NCBI GenBank assembly: GCA_030141605.1
Contig: JAQGDQ010000550.1
Coordinates: 62,001-126,000, forward strand
Source of the DNA: Tubiluchus corallicola
Taxonomy: Eukaryota > Animalia > Priapulida
Direction of reading: 5' to 3'
DNA length: 64,000 nt
This document shows positions 60,617-64,000 of this stretch, piece after piece. The translations under genes and the position numbers were made by a program. Under the pieces are notes generated by a model that saw only the letters and a program-made list of their open reading frames with translations, was not told the origin of the DNA and ran no database searches. The stretch's first letter is position 1; each line of letters starts with the position of its first letter.

Positions 60617-62429
60617 CTACGAACATAAATTTATGAAAAGGTATAACATTGCAATAAAAGGCTGAATTATGGATTAGCCATGGTTTACTACGCACAGTGT
60701 GAGTATGAGTGCGTGACACAGTATATTATGCAAGAAAACCACATGCAATGTGTGATCTCAAAATTGGATTAAATAATAATAATAATAATAATAGTTTACT
60801 TTTAAAAATGCACTCCTCTGAAGATCTCAGTGCTTTTTACAATAGAAATAAAGGAAATAAAAAAATACACAATAAATCGCAATAAAAATAATTATGCAGT
60901 TGCAATTTAAAAGACATAGCCACTTATGATATTGAAAAAAATTGACAGTAAGAGTTTAAAGTAAAAATATAGGTTAAAGTAATTTACAGATTCAACCTAC
61001 ATAATGAATAGAAAGTTATGTTTACAAATAAAAATATATAGCTTAAATTAATGTATTAAAAATTAATAGAACATATATTAAAATTAAGTATGTTAAAATT
61101 ATGTATAGCAGTATATGATTTCTTCATTTTACATTTTAACATTGATAAAAGTGACTGCACGAAGAACTCACATTATTAATACAGTAAAAAATGCTTTAGA
61201 GCAACTTGGTTCATTATCTTTGATGTATGTGGGTCATAGTGCATTGCTGTACTTATGCATGCATCGTTCTAGTCACTGGTATTTTCCTGGTTTTACTCCA
61301 TTAATTTTAAAAATTTCCACAGTGTTGCTCGTGCAAGTAAAAAGGTTACATCATGCCACTTTCATTGCCAAAGAGTGCAGAGTTTTTGCGGGAAAGTAAT
61401 GTTTTTAGGGAAATACCAATAGAGTGATATGGACTTTGAAGCAATTTAGAAAGTGTTTAAAGAAGACTTAATGGATATTCAACTTGTATAGTAAATCTTT
61501 AATAGTGTTCACAATCTTATCCGATGCCGAAATAACACTGTTTCAATAAAATTCCACGTACATTAGATTCGCAAGCCAAACTGAAAAAGAGCTTTATTAT
61601 TAAGTAAGTACTTATATTGCACCACATGTCATATGACTGGTCACAACAATAATATACTTGCTTTAAGCTCTGATGATCAAATTTTAATTAAATTTCATTA
61701 TTCAGTGAAGGCATTGTTAACTTAACAGAGAGTGACTTTTTTTTTGACAAAAGTCAAGTTGAATTTTGTTACTGCCCCACGTGTATGCATTTTGTGTGAG
61801 ACATTGTAAATGATGTGAATGCAGTATTCATCAGTTCAGTGGAATTTTACTTGCACGCAAGATTTATGTACGTTTATTTAGGATGGCATTTTAGCCACCA
61901 AATTGTAAGTTTTGTTAATTAAATTCTATTACCTTTCTTTCGATATACTCTTTTTGCTATAAAGTAGAAAAGGACTAGGCGATCATTGTACACATTTTTG
62001 TTAATCTGTCGGAATTTCCTATTCTCACCTGTTAATCTGTTAATTATTACTTTATTGTTGCTTAGAATCACTTTTTAATACTGTATAAATTAATTTCAAG
62101 TTTATCGCATAGGGTAGGGCTTGATTTAGCTTTTTCTTTTGGATGTTTTACCTGGGCGCGTCTACAGTTAGACAATTGGATTGAGTTTTATTCATCAGTA
62201 AAATCAGTTGTTTTTTAAAACTACATTGCTTAAATGTACATTTATTTCTTGTGTTACATGAATGTACCACCCAATGAGCACAGCATCCTAGAAGTACATT
62301 AAGCATTGATAAATATATTTGTCACCATCGAAAAAGCAAAAAGTTACAATTTCGTAAACACTACTAAGAAACACACTATTTAAAGTAAACGTTTATGGTT
62401 ATTTACAGTACGTAGCAGCTGTTAATTAC

Positions 62430-62527
62430 CTGCCTCATCTTCATCACCTATTAACACTGTCCAGCTACCCACAATTTCACAGCCCAAATCGTTATTTCTG
62501 TCTTGTATCCGTTTGGTCCATTTTCCA
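62430..62527 (-). CDS. Nipsnap: NipSnap homolog, most 5' exon found in the window
   Basis: GKWTKRIQDRNNDLGCEIVGSWTVLIGDEDEA, resembling CSLVGNWNTWYGEQDQA; CAG|...|GTAATT boundaries. Upstream exons not found in the window. Confidence 0.9.
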
Positions 62528-62932
62528 CTGTAACATGTACCAGTTCAACTTAATACATAGAATTGCAGTATATACAAAAATGTAAACCATCAAAGCCTAA
62601 CAAACCTACTGAGGGTAATAATATGTATGTATACACAAAGGGTTAGGCTTCTGAATTGCAATGATGCAATTGTAGATAGATAGATAGATAAAAGGTTTGT
62701 TTCACACAAAAATTATAGTTAAAAACTGAATAAAATTGCATAAAAACTTAAAAAAACAGTTAAGATGCCATAGCCATAACAATCAAATATATACTAAGAT
62801 TATACAAAGTGTGATACAACCAACTGTTAAAAATACTCTATAAACACATAAATCAACATTAAAAAATCATAAAAACTAAAAAAATGTATCTATTTGCCAA
62901 GATCTTATTACTACCATTTAAAAATCTTTTCA

Positions 62933-63520
62933 AGCAAAACAGGACCCAATCTTAAATTGTATTTCAAAACAATCTACTCTTTAAAATATTGAAAGGAAAC
63001 ATAATATTTTTTCAACAATGACTTACGTGAAAGAATTATTACCACACAAACACAATTTCACGTACGTGCCACTAGTTCTTCGCTGTTACATGCATTTCAC
63101 CATTCGCTAGTCAGACGGGCACTAGGACCTGCATTTTGGAAATGCATTGCATAAAAAACAGGTGCTGTACTTCTCAGTTCAGATGTGTGAGTTTGTGACG
63201 AACTATACATGTTCAACAGCTCATGTGTGAGCATAGCGGTAACTATGAAATTTGAATTTTTATCTTCTGAATTTATAAACTGAATATCTTACAGTAGCAC
63301 TGTACTTCAATTTTTGCTTTTGCAAACACATGCAACGCACTCGTGGAATATTTTTGCAGTTGAAAATTATGTGAGTTTGTGATGTCACCAATAGTTCAGG
63401 TTGCCCGCTGTCATTTAACTACCAGAAACGCTTTTGCAGTATTGTGTTCAAATGTATACTTTTTATTGGACTTGAAAATGAGGTAGCATATGAAAAATCA
63501 TCGTATCTTCCTTTCATATA
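62933..63520 (+). mobile_element. Dispersed repeat family X, copy D (longest)
   Basis: Colinear with 31631-32130 from AGCAAAACAGGACCCAATCTTAAA to ATATGAAAAATCATC. Confidence 0.85.
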
Positions 63521-64000
63521 ATCGTAAAGGTGAATAAAATTTACGATTTGTTTTACATGCATTCAGGGACGATACTGAAACTGAATTTACAAAGCGAAAC
63601 AGAAACCGAAATTCATGAAACATAGAAAACAGTTACCAAAACGAAACCGAACCAAAACATTTTTGCAAAACCAAAGTACTATTAAAACTGAAAAAAGAAA
63701 ATTCTAAAGTAACTAAAATATTTTGTTTGTTTGCTTTTATTTGTTGCGATACAAAATTACTGATAAAAAATTCTAATACAAAAAGGACAAGGAACTTTTT
63801 TAGTATAGAACCTCAAGTTTGATGGAATGGTTTACCTCAGAAAATGTATTATAATGTTCTTGGATTTAAGTATCCTTAATGATTCATGTTTAAAGACCAT
63901 AATGCTTCATTAAAGATAAACAGATTTTATTTGGCAGATATTTTGTTGCCAATATTTCATGAATTATAAAATTAAACGTGCATTATAAAATTTTGCTCAA

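Noticed and set aside
61200-61700. Traces resembling an ancient LINE RT (TGIFLVL, KNFHSV, CRVFAG)
   Set aside because: Too degenerate to tell from chance without a profile search.
63836-63930. Possible further NipSnap exon at donor GAG|GTAAAC
   Set aside because: Translation in the required phase does not resemble the expected upstream NipSnap segment (HNVKPE-like).

Overview
AT-rich, intron-containing eukaryotic DNA, most consistent with an invertebrate metazoan; the species cannot be determined from the sequence. Four spliced genes were reconstructed by hand with GT-AG boundaries and consistent phases. (1) RNF141 (+, 5 coding exons, 19780-22686, 252 aa). (2) A CYP2-clan microsomal cytochrome P450 (+, 4 exons, 36804-41486, 546 aa) with an atypical I-helix (ASTETT) and a ~45-aa C-terminal insertion. 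(3) An unassigned ~1939-aa protein with about 24 C2H2-type fingers, mostly in one 5.4-kb exon (+, 46880-53038), with a C-terminal RVxW PP1-docking-like motif. (4) The last five coding exons of NipSnap (-, 56145-62527; 5' end probably outside the window). Intergenic and intronic DNA is rich in mobile-element debris: a decayed CR1/L2-type LINE with a nested insertion, an RTE-type fragment, a Penelope-like GIY-YIG remnant, several MITEs, two tRNA-headed SINE copies, a 4-copy dispersed repeat, a degenerate ~50-bp satellite with an internal inversion, 69/82/989-bp tandem duplications and microsatellites. A possible decayed multi-exon gene (-, ~11.3-13.6 kb) and a possible orphan first exon (-, 2261-2479) are also seen. 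I found no clear new multi-gene system. The best leads are the orphan multi-zinc-finger protein and the atypical P450. All family assignments are from motif recognition, not database searches.
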